Shown: positions 24,126-37,338, numbered from the stretch's first letter. The stretch is DNA of 64,000 nt from Lophium mytilinum (GCA_010093605.1 MU004182.1:2775195-2839194); one strand, 5' to 3'. Translations and numbers: made by a program. Notes: a model not told the origin generated them from the letters alone.

Positions 24126-25903
24126 TCAAGCAGCGTCAGTCATCCTTTTCTCCTTCTCTTTCTCCTTCAAGTCTTCCATACCATACTCAGTATCCAAATC
24201 TTTCCTCAACTCCACGCTCTCCTCCAAAAATGTGAGCAGAAATGCTATTCCAGTAAATGCGATCCCCACTTGCCAAGTTCTCTTCAGACTCTCCACGAAG
24301 ACTCCCACAACCTGTTGCCGCGCCCCACTTTCCACACTAAGTGACTTGACAAAGTCGCGTGTCGCATGCTCATAAGCATGCCCATCTGCCAACATCGCCC
24401 TGACACCCAAGTCTTCAATCTTGCCAACTAACTCTGCAAGACGACTGTTAAAGACGGCGGCTGGAATCGCACTCCCCCACACTAGTCCGAAAGAACGCAC
24501 AAAGCCGAACGTTGCTGTCGACTTCGCGGTATCCGCATCGGTGAGCTTTGCCTGTATCGCTGGTAGCAACACGCCGACAACAAGCCCAGCGCCCATAGAT
24601 TCCACAGCTTGATAGACCACCCACTCTGCAGTCGACGACTTCTCGTCCAGTAGCGTATACAGCCCGAAGCCCAGCACCATAATCCCGTACCCAATAACGT
24701 GCATCGGCTTGTACTTCCCGAACTTACTCAATAGCCCACCTCCGGCGGCAGCAAATGGGATCATCACCAACACCGTCGGCAGCAACTGCACCCCCGACCG
24801 ACCGGGGCTGGACATCAGCACACCCTGGAAGTATACTGGGAGAAAATACAGCACATAAACTGTCAGCAGCCCATGGAAGAACGTCAGCAAAAACGCAACC
24901 AAGCTCGTCCGGTTTGCAAACAGATGCAGCGGCATCGTCGGCTCAACAGGGTATCCCGAGCCCTCGTACCACAAAAACGCGCCAAAACCCGCGAACCCCA
25001 GAACCAGCGGCAGGATAATGCGAAACGACGACCACGGATACACCGCATCCGCCCACCCCAGCGCCAACAACGCCGAGACACAGGACGCGATGAAGATCAC
25101 ATTCCCCAGTATATCCAGCCTTGCCATCTTCTCGGCAAACCCCCGCCCCGCCTGCCCCTCGCCGGCCTTCACTTTGAGGAACAGCGCGAGTAGCACAAAC
25201 GCGACCCCCCCGACGGGCAGGTTGAGGTAAAACACCCACCGCCACGTGGAGTACTGCACGATCAACCCCGCGAAGACGGGGCCCAGCGCGGTGCCGATGG
25301 TGATCATTCCGAAGATGAGGGCCATAAACTTGCCGCGCTCGCGCAGCGGGATGATGTCGCAGATGACGGTTTCGATCAGCACGTTGACGCCGCCCGCGCC
25401 GAGGCCTTGGATGGCGCGCCCGGCGATCAGCATGGTTATCGAAGAGGCGCCGCCGCACAGGCCGGAGCCGAGGACGAAGATCAAGACCGAGGCGAGGAGG
25501 GGGTGTCGGCGACCGTAGATAGTGGAGAGCGAGCCGACGAGGGGTTGGGGTGCGGTGCTAAGAGGTGTCAGAAAGGGGGGAGGGGAGCGAGTGGGGGTGG
25601 GGATGGGTACACGGTGAGGAAGTAGGCGAGGCTGATCCAAACGTAGTTGGAGGTACCGCCTAGGTCGGCGATGATGGAGGGGAGAGCGGTCGAGACGACG
25701 GTGGCTTCGAGGGAGACGAGGAGGCCGGTTAAGGCGATAGAGAGGAGGAGGGTGTAAAATTTGAGGCCGCGCTCCTGAGGTATGAAGGGCGAGGCGGTGG
25801 TTGAAGGGGCTACTGGAGTATTTGGTTGGTTGGGGACAAAAGTCGAGTTCTCCACCCCCTTCGCGGGGAGAGCGGCGGCTGTCGAGTCGAAGGATGAGGT
25901 CAT
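24126..25903 (-). CDS. MFS drug/H+ antiporter (DHA2, 14-TMS), one intron
   Basis: LEATVVSTALPSI, YGRR motif A, GRAIQGLGAGG, WRWVFYLNLP. Confidence 0.93.
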
Positions 25904-26048
25904 TGCGAGAATATATTCAGATGCTTGATGTGATATAGGTAAAAGAGTGACTCTATGAAACTATTGGGAAAGGAATGCTGGTAGGAGAGAGATGTGGCGA
26001 TTGGTGAGCTAGAAGGAGGCTTTGGCCACGGTGTATATGGAGGGCATG

Positions 26049-26239
26049 TTCGGCGACCTTTGAAGATGGCCGAATGCCGAAGTGCTTCGGTGTACTTTGC
26101 TTGGAGCCGTGGACGAAGGGCGGATGAAATAGTGTAGTGGCAACAAGACATCATCATAAACCGAATGCTTTACCTAGGTTCGGTAAACTATGGAGCTCTA
26201 ATCAAAGACGTTAAAGCGTGATGGTGATAGAACGCCGAA
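26049..26239. promoter_or_regulatory. Cluster of CCGAA/TTCGG half-sites, putative Zn2Cys6 binding sites
   Basis: Seven CCGAA/TTCGG pentamers in 190 bp, including the near-palindrome CCGAAGTGCTTCGG at 26077-26090. Confidence 0.5.
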
Positions 26240-26650
26240 TAGTGGTATCCAAGCTGTGACTATCGATAGCTTCTTCTAATACGATGGAAGACGGTTTGGA
26301 GTCCAATAACTGTGAGCTCAATCGAGTAGACTGTACACTTGGAATTGACCGGAGTCAAGTGGATCGCGTGAAGTTGTTGTGTCCTGTCCAGGTATTGTCC
26401 TATTTTGGCGAATGGTGCTGTTCAAGGTTTTAGGGGCCACTTCAACTTCTAACTGCCACTTTCTGCTCTGGTCTTCGGCGGGAGCACTACCTTCGTACTA
26501 CGATAATAATCCATCCACCTTCCAATATTCTTTGGCGTCCTTTCTAAACCTGTAGCAGAGACAAGATGAGGTAACAAAATAGATCTGCAGAAGTGCTCTT
26601 TTTACCCTCTTTAACCCTTTTTTTGACGTGACCGCGGAGCACCTAAAGCC

Positions 26651-27808
26651 ATGAGGCCACGACTGGCGTGCGACCGCTGTCATACGCACAAGCTACGATG
26701 TACAAAACCCGAAGGCAGTCAGTACTGTAATCGGTGTCTCTCCGCTAGCACGCCTTGCCATTTCAGTGTATCATTGAGAGGCTTCCGACCCAACGGCTCC
26801 AAAGGCCGGCGCCAGCATCCTTCCCATCAACCGTCGTGCCGCGACAATGGCCAAGAGATGCTGGCAGTGACGCCCGAAGATGGATTATTCGACCCTAATC
26901 TGATCTCCTGGGAAGAAGATGTACCGGCGGGTTTGCTGCCTGAAGACCCATTCGACCGTGCTATGGAGGCTCTGCACTTTCCCGCTCCCATGTCGTCTTC
27001 AACCACTTCCTCAGGTACATTGTCAGGACTCTCAGCACGCGACAGAACGTCTACCAATGGCACTGAAATCAACATTCCTGATGTGGAGATAGTGTTGACG
27101 AGATTGTTGCAAAACATCAGCGAGCACATTCTCACAATACCGCCGCTGTCCATGTGGCCATCCGCGTCCTCTTCCAGCAGCAGTACCTACAATTTTCAAT
27201 CGGCTCCAGAAATTTACACACACCCAGACGGCTCCCGAGGAGACACTGGGTTTGCTATTGAGGAGACGTTCAGCCTTACTCAGACTATGGTCGATGCCTA
27301 TAAATCTTTCGTCTCTCCCCTCCGCAACCAGACCCACCAAGCAAACCTGAGCTGTTCGACTGTACATCTACTCATCTCGTGCCATCTCCGGCTCCTTGAG
27401 ATGTGGGACGTAGTCTTCCGGCACATGGGCCACTGCGTAGCGCTGGCAACGATGGCTGCGGCGTCCGGGAGAACGCAGGTCAGCGTCCCGGCAATCAAAA
27501 TGGGAGAATTTGCTCCCTCGTCTTCTATCGCGACTCATCTGCATCTAATGCTTATATCCACACTCGCTGGGCAGCTTCAAAAGGGCATTCGAGAAGTTCT
27601 TGGCGAACTTTCCGCGAGGCCAACAGAAGTATCGTGCATACCGAGCTTCGGGGCTCCGAGTGAGCAATACGATAGTCATGAAAGTAGCGAAGGAACCTCG
27701 CTAAATGAAGCAACTCGACTGTCGTGCGAAGCGCTTGCGAACCGGGCAGCTGTTATGGTCCGTCGTGTTGACGAAATCCAGCTTCAGATCCGCGATGTAA
27801 ACCTCTGA
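26651..27808 (+). CDS. Zn(II)2Cys6 transcription factor of the pathway-specific type
   Basis: RLACDRCHTHKLRC...CNRCLSASTPC; divergent from the MFS gene. Confidence 0.88.
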   Translation: MRPRLACDRCHTHKLRCTKPEGSQYCNRCLSASTPCHFSVSLRGFRPNGSKGRRQHPSHQPSCRDNGQEMLAVTPEDGLFDPNLISWEEDVPAGLLPEDPFDRAMEALHFPAPMSSSTTSSGTLSGLSARDRTSTNGTEINIPDVEIVLTRLLQNISEHILTIPPLSMWPSASSSSSSTYNFQSAPEIYTHPDGSRGDTGFAIEETFSLTQTMVDAYKSFVSPLRNQTHQANLSCSTVHLLISCHLRLLEMWDVVFRHMGHCVALATMAAASGRTQVSVPAIKMGEFAPSSSIATHLHLMLISTLAGQLQKGIREVLGELSARPTEVSCIPSFGAPSEQYDSHESSEGTSLNEATRLSCEALANRAAVMVRRVDEIQLQIRDVNL

Positions 27809-28731
27809 TGTTCTGTTCCTTTCGAAATGTCATACATACCGTGGAACTTAAATACCCACGATGTTTTCTGATTCGTGCCACGGTTTACACATCTCGACGT
27901 GCGACCCTCGTCTCGGAGCCATGCCTTGTGAAAGAGTCGTACCGAACACTTGACAAAAGCCGTGTCCCGAGTTTTGAAAGTATATCAAAAGGACCTTTGT
28001 ATATACATACCACGGCATCAATATCTAGAAGTCGCCGCGAAGCGTCTAGGGGGATTGTCGTACCCACTTTCGCCACCGCAGTTTGAGAGTCCTAAGATGG
28101 CCCAAGGTCGTATCCATGCGTTCAACCGGCACAACGCAGGATTTGCAACCCGTAGAGATAAGGCACTGCCGATGGTCTCTATCGGAGGTTCAAACATTTA
28201 TAGTGCAACTCTTGAAACCTCCCCCTCAAGGTAAGCGTCGCCTTCAATTTTGGAGTCAAGCGAATCACGATCGTGCCTCTCGGCCTGTCCCTGGTAGGAT
28301 CTGCAGATCTCAACACCAACGTTGCCAGCCAAGAAAACACCAAGAGAACACCAAGACTCCGCCCCGGCTCCGCCAGCAAGCAGGGCGTCTGCGCAAGCCT
28401 ATTGCTCGTGCAACACCTTCTCGAACCGCCCATACCAAGGAACAATCAATCATATACCCTTCGCGAATGGAGCCGCGTGCAACACTACGCTTCGTTCCCA
28501 CACGGGCAAGCAGGCCTATTTAGGCAGTCCGAGAGACCGCCAAGCGACCAGTAATTGAATTTGCACGCGTACCGCGTACCTGAGGTCATTCACGAGGGTG
28601 AGTGATACAGACGTCAAAGCAAGTCCGGAGAGGTACTTAAGAGGCCATGTACTCCTCGAAAGACGACGTCCAGCTCACACACGGTGCCATTCGTTATTTC
28701 GATCTACCGGTCCATCATTCCTTCGTTCAAG

Positions 28732-29849
28732 ATGCGCTCCTCAATCGCTGCCCTTATTGGTCTCGCAGCTCTGGCTTCTGCCTTCCCAGCACACACTGTC
28801 CCGCGTGCTACCCATGAACACGACTTTGGATGTGGCACTGAGCCCTCAGACGCGTTCTTAGCGGTGGCCAAGGAAATGGGTCGTCAGGAGCGCGGATTCG
28901 GCAGACTTTCGGCAGCCAATGCAACTATTCAAGTTCAGACGTACTTCCACGTCGTAGCCGCCAATAAGACTATAGAAGGCGGATACGTTACCGACACTAT
29001 GCTCGCGGACCAACTCACAGTCATGAACAGCAACTATGCTCCCTACGGCATCTCCTTCACCCTGGCTGGAACCGACAAAACTGTTGACGCTAGCTGGGCG
29101 GTTGACGGCGCCGAGCTGGCTATGAAGAAGAAACTTCGCAAGGGTGACTACAAGGCCCTGAACGTGTACTTCCAGAAAGAGATTGGTGGCAACCTCGGAG
29201 TGTGTTTTATCCCGGCCCTCTTCAGTCACGTGAAGGTCATGAACTAACATTTGTCAGTACTGCTACTTCCCAGACAGCGTCCCTGCTGGATCAGACGACT
29301 TCTACTATGATGGATGCAGCATCCTCTTTAGCTCCCTCCCTGGTGGCAGTGCGACCAATTATAATGAGGGCAAGACGGTGACCCACGAGGTGGGGCATTG
29401 GTTTGTACGCACTAGTACTCCTGAGCTTCATAATCTTCAACACCACCACAACTAACACATACCGAAGGGGCTCTTCCACACCTTCCAGGGCAACAGCTGC
29501 TCCGGCGACGGTGACTCTATCGCGGATACTCCTCAGCAGCTCAATGCGACACGCGGGTGCCCCATTGGCCGCGATTCGTGCCCGAGTGTTGCGGGCCTTG
29601 ATCCTATCCACAACTATATGGATTACTCTTATGAGCACGTACTACCCAGATTCTGCAAGCCCTATTGGGTTCGAATGCTGATGTAAATATAGTGCTTGCT
29701 ACGAGGAATTCACCCCGAACCAGGTCACCCGCGCGTACAACATGTTCAACAAGTTCCGTGTTACTGGCCCGGCTGCGCCTAACGCGAAGAGAGCGCCGAT
29801 TGATCTCAATATTGCGTTGGCTGAGATTGAGGCTGGGAAACTTGATTAG
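28732..29849 (+). CDS. Secreted M43 (pappalysin/ulilysin-like) metalloprotease, 3 introns
   Basis: Signal peptide [17 protein letters not shown], prodomain CG, HEVGHWFGLFHTF joined across an intron, Met-turn HNYMDY. Confidence 0.92.
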
Positions 29850-30144
29850 ATATCGAGCCACGTGATTAGAACTTGCATTTGCATCTGTTCGGAGTTTCCG
29901 GAGGTATAGTGGCAAGACGACACTGAAGATACGCTATCTATTTCGTGTGCCTCTACAATCACCCTTTGTCGTTCTTCTTGGTGGATCAATTCGTCCCTAA
30001 ATAATGAAAAACCGGGGATTTCGCACGCCTAGTAGCTCCCCAGGCCACCACAGGCAGTGTCAGAATGCAACTGTATGTTCAACAGAGCCTGACTACATTA
30101 ACCCCATTTGCCACAACGGCCTACCTAGTGGTGTAGCTCTTAGC

Positions 30145-31722
30145 CTATTGTTCGAACATGTCGAAACGGACATTATCTGGATCCAACCGCGAAGCTCTCA
30201 CGATCTTCGTGTCTTCCGCCGCATCCTTGAACGTCTTCCATTCTTCGGTCAATACACGATCGGTCTCATCGCCATACCTCCACATGGCCCAATCATAGCC
30301 TTCTTCTTCGGCTTTGTTATCACCTTCGAGTTCTTCTATAATGTCGCGATCCTCCTCACTACCTTCACTGCGCGTGTAGAACTCCATTTCCAGCTCGCCC
30401 ACATCATCGTTCTCGTCTGGAGGTTCAGAATCGAGATCTCTGCTTTCTTCTTCAGTCTCCTCTCCTTGCCAAAGCCGGTCACGGTCCGCAAAGCCATTCT
30501 CTCCACTACTGCTCGATCCTTTCACGCCCAGCACCGCAGCATGGAAGTGTACCCTAGGACTGAATAACCAGAGGCTCTGGAGCTTGTTGTGTTCTTTGAC
30601 ATCCCGGAAAACGGCCGTCCAGTCTCCGAAATCAGGATCCAGATTGATGTTCCCGAGTGCGAGACGGCGGAGGCACTGCAGCCCGCCAAACACATTCTTG
30701 ATATGGCATGCTTTGGTCAGGGTTCCCGCATCTTGGGCAACGCGGAAATCGCGCACGTTCTGAAATCCGCCCTTGTTTCGTACGGCTAGTAGAATATACC
30801 AGGAAAGTTCCCATATGCGAGAGCCCGTGAAAGCGAGCTCTAACGTGTCTACGTTGGAAGCAGCGAGGAGGGCCCTGATGACTGTATTACAGGGTATCTG
30901 TTTGTGGGCCGTCGGAGGGGAGATGTTCAGATGGAGGTGCTTGAGCTGGCCAAGAACCGCGAGTGCGTGGAGGGGGGCTGAGCGAGTAAGGAGGTTGGCG
31001 TTGATAGGCTCGCGAAGAAGACTCCGGCGGCCAAAGCATGGTGTTGAGAAAGTGCTTAGCTGCTGGCCGCTCAGACAGAGGGCTTTGAAGACATGCCCTA
31101 ATACGGTAGGGCGATCTACAACCCCTTCCTCGCCGAAAGACACCCTATCCCGACTAAAGAACGGGTTAAGCTCCCAGTCGTAGTCCACTGGACAGATAAT
31201 GTTGCTGAGCCAAGCTTTTATAGGCCCGCCTAAGCTGTACGGGATGTACTGGAGATGGGTGAGCTGCGCAAAGCGTGGCAGAATGTCGACAAGATCTTGC
31301 ATGTATTCGCCAGAGTCCTGGTATAATATCTGGTCGTGGTAACAAGCCGTATGTGCATCGACTGCTTGTGGTGTCATCTTACGAACTACTGGGGGCGTTG
31401 GCCTAGCGAATTGCATGCCGGACACGGTAAGTGTCGTTGTCCACGACGTTACTTCTGGCATCTTTGATAGTTCCTTCAGGCGCTCCATGCTTTGTTTGGT
31501 GGACGCGAAAACGGTGGACTCGACAACTTTCGCAAAAGACTTGGTGGTAGCGTCGCGAAAGAGTCTCGAAACGTGTCGAGTGTTCTTGAGATCTCGTTTG
31601 GAATCGTTCGTGAGGCGCTGAGAGGATCCGTGTCGGTCGTAGGACTCTAAATTCTCGATGATGATCTCCGCTAATTCTAGTGGAAGCTCTGCACATAGGG
31701 TTGGCTGTGCCGAAGCAGGCAT
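30145..31722 (-). CDS. F-box-like protein with an acidic C-terminus
   Basis: 525-aa ORF starting AELPLELAEIIIENL...LKNTRHVSRLF, with LRR-like LxxLxL repeats. Confidence 0.65.
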   Translation of the reverse strand: MPASAQPTLCAELPLELAEIIIENLESYDRHGSSQRLTNDSKRDLKNTRHVSRLFRDATTKSFAKVVESTVFASTKQSMERLKELSKMPEVTSWTTTLTVSGMQFARPTPPVVRKMTPQAVDAHTACYHDQILYQDSGEYMQDLVDILPRFAQLTHLQYIPYSLGGPIKAWLSNIICPVDYDWELNPFFSRDRVSFGEEGVVDRPTVLGHVFKALCLSGQQLSTFSTPCFGRRSLLREPINANLLTRSAPLHALAVLGQLKHLHLNISPPTAHKQIPCNTVIRALLAASNVDTLELAFTGSRIWELSWYILLAVRNKGGFQNVRDFRVAQDAGTLTKACHIKNVFGGLQCLRRLALGNINLDPDFGDWTAVFRDVKEHNKLQSLWLFSPRVHFHAAVLGVKGSSSSGENGFADRDRLWQGEETEEESRDLDSEPPDENDDVGELEMEFYTRSEGSEEDRDIIEELEGDNKAEEEGYDWAMWRYGDETDRVLTEEWKTFKDAAEDTKIVRASRLDPDNVRFDMFEQ

Positions 31723-32418
31723 TTTGGATTATGGGGGTGAGCAGGCTCTATCGGTAACTTGAAGTGGACGGCGGCAAAGCTTGCCCTCCAAAATTGATTC
31801 CGCGGAAGCTTCCAAATGCAGTCTCCAAGTGTGCTGCGATTGGGCCTTTGGGAAGATAATACTAGGGCTCGTTATAGTCCAATAGAGTCCGCGGTGTTCT
31901 GGAGGGTAATTATTAGGAAGCTGTCAAAACGATCGGATTGCCATTTTTAAGAACTCACCAGAGGACCTCAGGCAGCTTTCGGCAAGGGTGCAACTTTGTA
32001 ACCCACCGAAGGTAGAGTAAGTGATCCCTCGCACAAGTTCCTGAGCTGACTTGTTATGTTCGAGGGAACCTGAATGCATAGGTAGGTTGCCGGACAAACT
32101 TGGTGGAGGGCGCGAATCCCAACAAGGGCGCCAAGGGTGGATGCCGGTCAGGCGCGGGCAGCGGTGGTGAATGGAGGCCAAACCCAACGAACGTGTATGT
32201 ACCTGTGATTAGTGAATGAGAACTTCAAATACGCATGTGATGCTTTACGTTGCTTTCATGCCATCGATTTGAAACAGCTATGGGGAGTTAGTATGTACTG
32301 TACCGTGCCCTTCCACAACCGACCGCCCGGTCGCACATAAAGGCAACTAATTCCTGTATCAGGATTGCAAAGTCGCTATCTAGTCCAATTCACTGTGCCA
32401 AAAGGCTTGTCGGTTCCG

Positions 32419-33385
32419 CTATCTTGTGGACAGATCGTTCTCCTCAGCATCTAAGAGGTTTGCGAGCGCGCCAAGTCCACATTCGAGAGTCCCGTTTCTA
32501 CCGTCTAAGAAGACATCGACGTCGTTTTGCACAGCTTGCATGTCCTCATCCACATCTTCCGTCGATCGGTAGATATACGCCGTCTTGAAACCACTGTATA
32601 TGGCGAGTAGATTAGTATATGCCCATCGAGGGAACTGTGCTTCATACACCGTCTTCGCGGCACGCAAATCATATGCGTGCGCAGCAACCATCATAGCGTT
32701 CTGTGGTTCAACACCCATAAGCCGAAGCGCTTTCCGGTATATCTCTGGGTCAGGCTACGCAGATCTGAGCAATTTCTTCACCACGTAGACTTGAGATATC
32801 AAGCGCACCTTCGTGAATCCCAACAACTCCGAAGAGAAAAGCATATGGAAAGGCAATCCGGATGACTTCGCAATATCGAGTTGTAGTTTCGTTGTACCGT
32901 TGGCTAGCACGACTCTGAATCCCGGTTATTGAGAGCGGGCTTCACATCACGTGTTTAGAGAATTTACCCTCGGCTCTTCCACGATGGCTAGGAACTTACA
33001 CGAAGAACTTCTTCCTCAACTTCTCTAGAGCTGGTGCTGCGTCTGGCCATCCTTTCTGATCGTGCCATCCACTTACTAATCGCTGGCGGACCTCGTCGTC
33101 CCATGCGTCTAGCCCCACGCTCCTTTCAGCTAGTAGCCGGTCAAGGACGCGTCGATGTGTCACATCAATATCTTCTGCTGGCAGCTTGTGCTCGAAGCGA
33201 TAATGAATTTCAGCAAAGAAGCCAGCGCGCCATGCAGCTGCCAGTTCCGGAAGTGCGGTGTTTGATGGCTGAAGAGATGGATGAGAGGGAAGAGACGAGA
33301 GAAGAGGTAAGAGAGATGATAACCAGTCACAACACGTGCCCATGAGATCGAACAATAGCGCTTCTTTGGGTTGATTCAGAGACAT
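32419..33385 (-). CDS. HAD-superfamily haloacid dehalogenase type II-like hydrolase
   Basis: LLFDLMGTCCDW motif I, GWPDA, LANG, MMVAAHAYDLRAA. Confidence 0.9.
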
Positions 33386-33634
33386 AGTGGATAGACGGAA
33401 ACAGGATGAATGCTGGAGGCGTGCGTGAGCATCATATGAGAATCGCTCTCCGCGGCCGCATCTAAACTCAAAGCAGACTGGTGTCTTATCTATTAAAAGC
33501 CTCGCATAATTGCACGCAACCTCCTTTTTTTCCACAACCCCATGAACCACGAACAACTCGGAGGGACACCACGACCCATTTCCTATAGCTTGCTTGAAAA
33601 TCGAACAGCATCGTTCGAGCCGTTCACTCGAATC

Positions 33635-34810
33635 ATGTCAGCCCTGTCCCTACCCTCGATGCCAGACGAGCTGCAACTCCAAATCCTAGAAATCTGTGAT
33701 ATGACCTCTCTTGCGGCCATATGTCGGACCAGCAAGGAATGGTACTCGAAAGCTTTCCCTATCTTATGAAGCGATATCGATTTTGTCGAGCTGAGTGGAG
33801 ACGGCGAATACGACGCCGACCTGATCGACCAGCAACGGCGTTTCTTCGCCACATGCGAGACTCTGATGGACGACCGACCGAATTATTGGGAAGGGCTGGC
33901 TGCCCGCGTTCATTCACTGAAACTTGCTCGGATGCCGGGAATCGCTATCTCACACAAGAGCGTAGCCGAGTCCGACATCAACAATGACTATATTTTCATT
34001 GGTATCTGGCCCCGTGACGCACGGAATATCTACGATGTCATTGCCCAGTTCGAAAATCTGCATACTCTCTACTTGTTCGTGAAGGATTGGTGGCAATCCT
34101 CGTCAATCCTCGGGAGCGAGAAGGCAGTAGCCCGCAACCTCCAAAAGTTGACCAACCTGAAGCTGGGAGGTCAAATACATCAAGATATGTTGTTGGCACT
34201 GCTGGCAAGACCAGAAAATATTCAGCACCTCTCTTTGATCAACTTGATCCAATCTCCGGGCCAAGAGGACGGCCCAGATCCGGTGCTATTCCTTCGGTCG
34301 ATCCAGAAGCGATTCACTAACCTCAAATCCCTCCATATGAGCAAGCTAGCAGAATTGACCGAGGACCATGATATATCGGGGGCCCGATGGGAGTTCGACC
34401 TGGCAGGAGAGATTGAGTTGCTTCGAGAATGGGCTGACTTTCTCCGCCATGTCTCTGGTACACTCAGAGAACTTACCTTGGAGAACCGCTATCATGTCAG
34501 CACCCAAGTCTTCGACTTTACCGATGAAATTGATCCGGGCTCCGCAGAGCATCCGGCACACTACGGCAGGCGATCTAATGAGAGATGCTGGGAAGTTCTT
34601 CTTCCTGTATTCTCAGAGAGGACTTTCCCGAAGCTGAAGAAACTCAACTTCATTGGAATGAGCCTGTTCCAATCACCGGAAGCTCTCGCCCACCTCAGTC
34701 AGCTGGGATCTCATGTTGACATTGAGGATAAGCTTGGTGGGATCATCAAGGTTACTGACGAGTCAACGCCTCAAAATTTCTCTCCGCCAAATGGGCTCTT
34801 TCAAGACTAA
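33635..34810 (+). pseudogene. F-box protein interrupted by one in-frame TGA (33767-33769)
   Basis: LPSMPDELQLQIL...AFPIL*SDIDF continues in the same frame into the 33866-34810 ORF. Confidence 0.7.
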
Positions 34811-35678
34811 GATCGCCGGGAACTATATTCAGACGCGGGAACTTAGCGGGAGGGACAGATCTAGTATTGACTCGCCGCGGGTTTTATCATGGGAAAGAGA
34901 TAGTATTGGATGCTGTCACAGCAGCTGGACTCTGTTGAGCACAAAGAATAGCTATTAGCTTTCTCGCAATCATGGTTTTAAAGTTCGTGAAAACGCTCCA
35001 GAGAGCGGCGCTAGACAGCAGTACATCAGCCTGGAGTGAGTGTGTTTTCCAAGGCACCTTTTCTCGTTCAAAGAAGCCTGGCACGTGCCTGGAGGCAAGA
35101 AATGGTACGTTGCAATGGTCCGAGCGGAAATCAGTCGTTTCAAATGCGCGGAAGTCGAGTTGTTAATCTCCGCGCCCACGCTGTCACAGGCCGTCTAGGT
35201 CTGATACACCGACATCGTTGTCGTGGAAAGTCGACGTCGTTCTAAGGGCTTCACTGCGAAATCTGCATGCGAAGTCAAATTGCACCCTTAGACTCATTGG
35301 CTGCCTTCGGAGCAACTCCCACATCCCGGCATACAAATCGAAGCTATAGATCACGAGACCGACACGGCACACTCTAACTCTCATGATCCTTCAGCGTTTC
35401 AAATCATTCACTACCAGCCATTGTCATTTTGCTCGGCCTGAATCGGGTGGTGTCGATAGTCGATGGACTGCACCAATACGACGTCACGGCCTTTCGCAGC
35501 GGCCCTGATGGCTATACGAGTTCACTAGATCAGAGTCAGCATATGTTATCAACACCCGCAATATTTTTCGTCGCAAGCTACCACCAAGTATGCATCAAAT
35601 ACCTTAACATAGCTCCTTCCCTTACGTCCACCCACCAGCTTCAATCTCCTTTCACACTCCCTGCTGTCCACATTCGCC

Positions 35679-37026
35679 ATGGGTTTTATTCTTCGAGCTG
35701 GCGTTCTATTTACCGCACTGTTACTACTGCCATTTGCAAGTTGTATTCCAGCTTCAGGTAAGCGCTTTCCATGACTGTTCTGGCACGCTGGGCGCGAAAA
35801 GATGGCATACTCATGAAGCACTCTGTCTCGTGTGTATATCTGTCTGCCACTAGTTTTATTCAACGAGATTTCACATATTCCAAAGTGATAAACTTTCGTG
35901 TCGTTCTATGTTTGAAATTGCACCGAGCCACCCCAAGCACTAGCGTACGCGCGTACACCCACGAAGATTCCGCAGAACTAACAGTCCGTCGACTCACAGG
36001 GACAGTCACTTATGGTGGCATCAACATCGCCGGCTTCGAATTTGGTTGCGATGACTCGGGAAACTGTGACCCCGCCAAGGCAACGCCTCCTGGTCAGAGT
36101 GGCATTGACCAGATGAACCATTTCACCTCCAAGGGCCTGAATGCCTTCCGTCTTCCGGTGAGCTGGCAATACTTGACCTCTAGCATCGGTAGCCCCGTGG
36201 ACGCAAGCAGAATCGCAGCCTACAACAAGTTGGTCCAAGGCTGCCTGAATTCTGGTGCAGAAATGTGCATCATCGACCTCCACAACTACGCTCGCTGGAA
36301 CGGCAAGACAATCGGCCAGAGCGCACCCAGCGGCCCAACAGACGAGCAATTCGCGGAGCTCTGGCGCCAGATCGCCGCAAAATACAAGACTCAATCGCGA
36401 GTGGCCTTCGGCATCATGAACGAACCCCACAACCTAAACATGGAGACCTGGGTCAACACCGCCCAGGCAGCCGTGACCGCAATCCGCAAAACCGGCGCCA
36501 CTTCGAACATCATCCTGCTCCCGGGTACAAATCACCAAGCCGCTGGTGGGTTCGGGAAGCGCTCGGGGGGTCTCGCGGCTGTCAAGAATGCAGACGGGAG
36601 CAAAACGAATCTCATTTTCGACGTTCACCAATACCTCGACTCCGACTCCACTGGCACGCATGCAAGTTGCACCACGAACGGGATCCAGGGCTCGTTTGCT
36701 CCACTCACGGCCTGGGCCCGCAAGCAGAAGCGTCAGGTGTTTTTGTCTGAGATCGGTGGTGGATCCAACGATTCGAGCTGTATTCAGTATCTTTCGCAGA
36801 CGCTAAGTTATCTGAAGTAATCACCGCCCCCTCTCCCACCCCGCTTCAGCGGCATTCTGAAGAAGGTATGCTGACAAAGTGTAGCGACAACAGCGACGTC
36901 TTTCTCGGATGGACCACCTGGGGCGCTGGGTCTTTCAAACAAAGCTACGTGCTGTCTGAGACGCCAAATGGAGACTCCGACGTGCCATTGGTGGCGCAGT
37001 GCATCATACCGTCTTTCGTGAAGTAG
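35679..37026 (+). CDS. Secreted GH5 endo-beta-1,4-glucanase (GH5_5/EGII-like), no CBM1 seen
   Basis: Signal-peptide exon; GINIAGFEFG, FRLPVSWQYL, IDLHNYARW, acid/base IMNEPH, DVHQYLDSD, nucleophile LSEIG. Confidence 0.92.
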
Positions 37027-37338
37027 GCCGTCAGATGGAGGTGTAGATAGTAGTTTAACATGGGTTATAAAACTGTGGATATTATTTTGGCCCTGGTAAC
37101 TGCAGTGCGCTAGGGGTCAGCAGGCGCAATAAATGGAGAAGGGGGTTAATTGCAGTCCAATAATCATCATGCTTCGGGTCACGTGACTTGTGACACTTTG
37201 CTCACCTAATGTCGTACTACGTAGCGTCCATCACGATTTCATCGTCATCCTGCCTATGCCAACTGGTGATGACAGTCGCGAACAAAGCCTCGACAGTGTC
37301 TTCCTCCCTCGGGAGCTCTGACATCGCTTTCGTTAATA

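Noticed and set aside
22795..25625. Many long antisense or alternate-frame ORFs over the RD-rich and MFS genes
   Set aside because: Explained by high GC and codon bias of the real genes.
27808..28560. Several short overlapping ORFs
   Set aside because: No motifs; probably the TF terminator and protease promoter region.
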